Shown here piece by piece: positions 60,441 through 64,000 of a DNA stretch of 64,000 bases; the first letter of the stretch is position 1; each line of letters begins with the position of its first letter. A program made the translations under genes and the position numbers. The notes under the pieces are model-generated. The model was given only the letters and a program-made list of their open reading frames with translations, did not search any database and was not told where the DNA came from. Origin of the DNA: Vicugna vicugna (Eukaryota); contig MU057801.1 of assembly GCA_013265495.1 (NCBI GenBank), positions 2,262,301 through 2,326,300 of the forward strand, read 5' to 3'.

Positions 60441-61249
60441 ACGCCGCGAATGGACACTCAGACGCAGATCTGGCCGGCCCCAGAGCCTGCGCCCTCAGCC
60501 AGAGTCCGTTCCACACATCAAAAGTGAGGTTTTATTCATTCTGGGAAATGAGACGTCCATTTTCCAAAGGAGATTAAATTTTGAAAGACATTGTGATTCT
60601 ATCAACATCCACGAGTGCAGCACTGTGTTCACTCAGACTTCAAAGTAAATATAAAACCCAAAGCCAGAGCAGGAAGGCGCCAGGCTGTCGCAGGGACGCA
60701 GGGGGCCCAGGGGCCAGCCCGCCGGGCAGGAGTCTGCTCGGGACTTCCTCCCAGGCAGCCAATCCCGCTGACAGACAGCCTTAGCTGCTTAGAAATTTCT
60801 TCTCACATAAAGACAGACAACCCTCTGCAACGTCACCCTCGTTCTCAGCACACAGAGGCCGGGCACAGTGTCCCTTCACCTGTCTGTCCACACCGTGAGC
60901 ATGCCAGAACCAGTGGACCCAGACCAGGCAGGCTCTGTGCAGCCCACGTCAGGAAGGGCTCGGAGGGGAGGACAGACGTAAGGACAGAGACAGGAGCAGC
61001 CAAGCTGACCCCGGAAGCAGGCAGCAGGGTGAGTGTGGGGGCAGGCGGAGGGCGGGGGAGGGCACAGCAAGCTCTTTCACTCCTGTGACCCCACTGTGCA
61101 CCAGCAAATGGCGGGTCATACACCTACACCTCCAGGTCGTTACAAAGATCAAAGGAAGTAGTCCGGGTGTAGCTGCCACTGCAGGGCCAGACCCAGGGGA
61201 AGTGCCGATCCTGGTGACCATTATAGTTAGACCCACCCACTGAAGGTGT

Positions 61250-62150
61250 ATGAACTTTTGGGAGTATGTCTGTCTGATAAGGGACTTGTACCTGGAAGAT
61301 ATAAAGAACTCTAACAACTCAATAATAAAACGACCAATAAGCCAATTAAAAATGGGCAGAAGATCTGAATAGACACTGCCCCAAAGAAGATACAACCCCA
61401 CCTCCCCCCAGAAGATACAGCCCATCAGCCCCTGAGGAGAGGCTCAACACCGCCAGCCAGCTGAGAGACGCACGTCAAAGCCACACACGAGACGACACTT
61501 CCTTCCCACGAGGCGGGCTGCAACCAAAAGACAGACCTAACGGAGGACATACACAAACAGGGACCTCGTGCCCCTCGTGCAGGCGGCCAGCGGTGCAGCC
61601 TCGCTGGGCAGCAGTTCGGCAGCCACTCAAAAGGTCAAACACGGTCACTACGTGACCCAGAAGCTCTACCCCAAGGTACCTCCCAAGAGAAATGGAAACA
61701 TCAGTCCACACAAGAACGTGCCTACAAACGTCCACAGCAGCACTGTCCATGACAGACAAAAGTGGAACCGATCCAAGAGTTCATCAACCGACGAGCGACA
61801 GGATAAAAGGTCACACAGACGGTGTGTGCTGTCGCACAGTAAAAAGGAGTGAATGCCGATCATGCCCCGACACACGGGCCTTGATAACGTCGTGTGAGCG
61901 GGAAGCAGCCCAGACGAGCGTGCCATGCACAGGAAAGGTCTCCAACAGGCAGACCCTGGAGACAGGAGACAGAACACAGGCTGGAGGCTGCCTCGAGCTG
62001 GCAGTGCTGGAGAGTAAGGGGGTGGGTAGACTTTCTTTTCAGGGTGATGAAAATGTTCTACAATCAGCTGTCGTCACGGTCCCACAGCTTTGCGACTGCC
62101 AAGACTACTCAACTGGACACGTGAATGGGTGCCCTCCGGGGGCTACGTCG
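61250..62150 (+). mobile_element. old L1M 3' fragment in NAPB intron 1
   Basis: tctgataagggacttgta...aaagaactctaacaactcaataataaaa...aaaatgggcagaagatctgaatagacac...gggtgatgaaaatgttcta. Confidence 0.8.
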
Positions 62151-62584
62151 CTCGGCCAGTGGCAGGACGGCAAGGAACCGCAGCAGAAATGAAGAGTCCG
62201 AACGAGCAGAGCCTTCTCTCACTTACACCTTCTTGTGCCTCTTTCTCCACCTCAGAGCTACATTTTAAAAAAATTAGTTAATTATCCCAAAGGAAAATTC
62301 CTAATTGAGAAAGTTTTCCATCGTAGCCATAGCTCCTTGGAGCAAACTGAGGCCTGCCATTTTGTCTTATTTTTCTAAAGCGTACCAGGAGTCTTCAACT
62401 GTAATTATAGTGCACTCATTCTTATTAAAGGTTTCCAAATCAAACCAGCTTAATTAAAATGCACTTTATCCTATTATTTTCAGAGGCAGAGGCAGCTAGG
62501 AGCACCAGAACGCCTACATCACGTCCGTCTTCTGCTGCGGATCTTCACAAGCTCATGTCGGCTTCATTTTTACAACAACTGTGA

Positions 62585-62690
62585 AAGCTGCTCTCTCCAT
62601 GTTGCAGATGAGAAAACTGTACCTGGAGGTCAGGCTCGCCAAGGTCATCCCGTCAAGGTCTGTGGTGGAGCTGATACCTGGCGTCAAGTT
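62585..62690. mobile_element. MIR fragment
   Basis: ccatgttgcagatgagaaaactg...ccaaggtcat. Confidence 0.5.
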
Positions 62691-64000
62691 CAGTGATCTT
62701 TATAAAAGCAGTGAATGAATCCTGCTAGACTCAAGACCCTCACCTCTCCAACACAGAGTCACCAGAAGTATTCTCGTTTTTAAAAGCACCAGAAAACTCA
62801 TTTGTCATAAACAGACACAACCTGAACAATTCATGAAAAATGTGCTTTTAAATCACTCCAAAGGCCTACTGGGTTCTGCACATGTGAAAGTCAATTTGTG
62901 TTGTCCTTAAAATGTATTTAAGGACAAATATTCCAAATTCACCCTCAAATGCTTCCATTGTTATCCAGAGCCCTGTGAGGTTAAAAAACCCTTCAAAAGA
63001 GGAACAGGTTTCTGCCAGGGAACCTACCTTACAAAGTGACAATTTAGTACATGGCACTGAACTGCCAGAAAAACTAGGAAAACAAGAGTTCTCACCAGGA
63101 GGAGGTCAGAATGCTCAGAGTAACATTCAACTTCAGGGCTGCAAAAGTCTCTGTCCAACACCCCCAGCCCCTGCTCCACGGAGGTCAGCGTGGAGCCGCA
63201 GCCCCACAAGGCCCTGCCTCTCTTCATACCCCATCCTGCCTGCCCCACTCAGATGCTCAGGGGGGAAAAGGTCACAGTCAGTTATCTCAAAGAGCTCAGG
63301 TGGCATCAACACGCAGACAAGCCTGTTAATGCAGACTCCCCCGAAGTCTTGCATTTTCCTTGTCTTGGATGAGAGCAACCTATCCAGAGCCCCGGGAATC
63401 ACCCCGACCAGAACACATGCGTGGGCGGGAGGCACCCCCACACGGCCCCCGGGGACTGGGGGCACACAGCACGAGGTGGGCCCCGAGGAAAGCGGGCACC
63501 TGCTGAGGCAGGACAGAGCTGCTCTGAAACCACAAGATGCAGAGCGGACGCATCACAGCTGCGACAGCGCCAACGCCCTGCCAATGCCAAAGCAGGGCTG
63601 GAGACAGAATTCAGCTCCCTCCCGCAACACCCCGAAGGGATGTCGCACTGTGTGGGAAGGCTGAAAACAGGGGTCTCCGGAGTGGTGCCAGGCCCGGGGG
63701 AACCACCGAGTCCGCTGGGAGAGCCGCCCCCCCAGCGCGCACAGACCGCCTCGGGCACCGGGCCCATCACACAGGCCTCGGCAACGATGTTGATGACGCA
63801 GGGTCCGCAGGGAAGAAGCGGCCCTGGCCCCAGACTGGTGCGGCCTCCCCGTGTCCCCGTGGGGCGGGTGCCCCTCCTGGCACCTCCACGCCTCTCCATC
63901 CGGGAAGCACTCAGGACCCCACTGTTTAGGGTTTTCACAGAGGCTCGTTACAGAGGCGAGACTGATCCAGTCCTCGACCGCGAGGGACTGGCTCAGTCCC

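Overview
Very GC- and CpG-rich mammalian genomic DNA. It is probably camelid, inferred from three tRNA-derived SINEs resembling the camelid family and from cetartiodactyl-type L1 ends. The window carries the conserved NXT1 (+) - GZF1 (+) - NAPB (-) block known from human 20p11.21. NXT1 has a single coding exon (22597-23019, 140 aa). GZF1 has five coding exons (34035-39257) that splice in frame to 714 aa with a BTB domain and 10 C2H2 fingers. NAPB coding exons 2-11 lie on the minus strand (60229 down to 44039); exon 1 is beyond the right edge. Bases 1-19000 hold no recognisable protein gene, only decayed L1/L2/MIR/hAT/LTR remnants and candidate enhancers. Nearly all other ORFs in the track are by-products of high GC. 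The most unusual feature is a ~29-unit minisatellite built from the presumed NXT1 exon-1 splice donor. It gives 12 copies of CAG|GTAGGT and two ATGs, so donor choice is predicted to yield a clean 5'UTR, an out-of-frame overlapping uORF, a short uORF, or an in-frame 33-aa N-terminally extended NXT1. Also notable are a GC-AG intron in NAPB, an orphan CpG island with a possible antisense poly(A) site between NXT1 and GZF1, and signs of strong AT-to-GC drift in repeats and in GZF1 linkers. Repeat family names and human comparisons come from recalled consensus sequences, not from searches.
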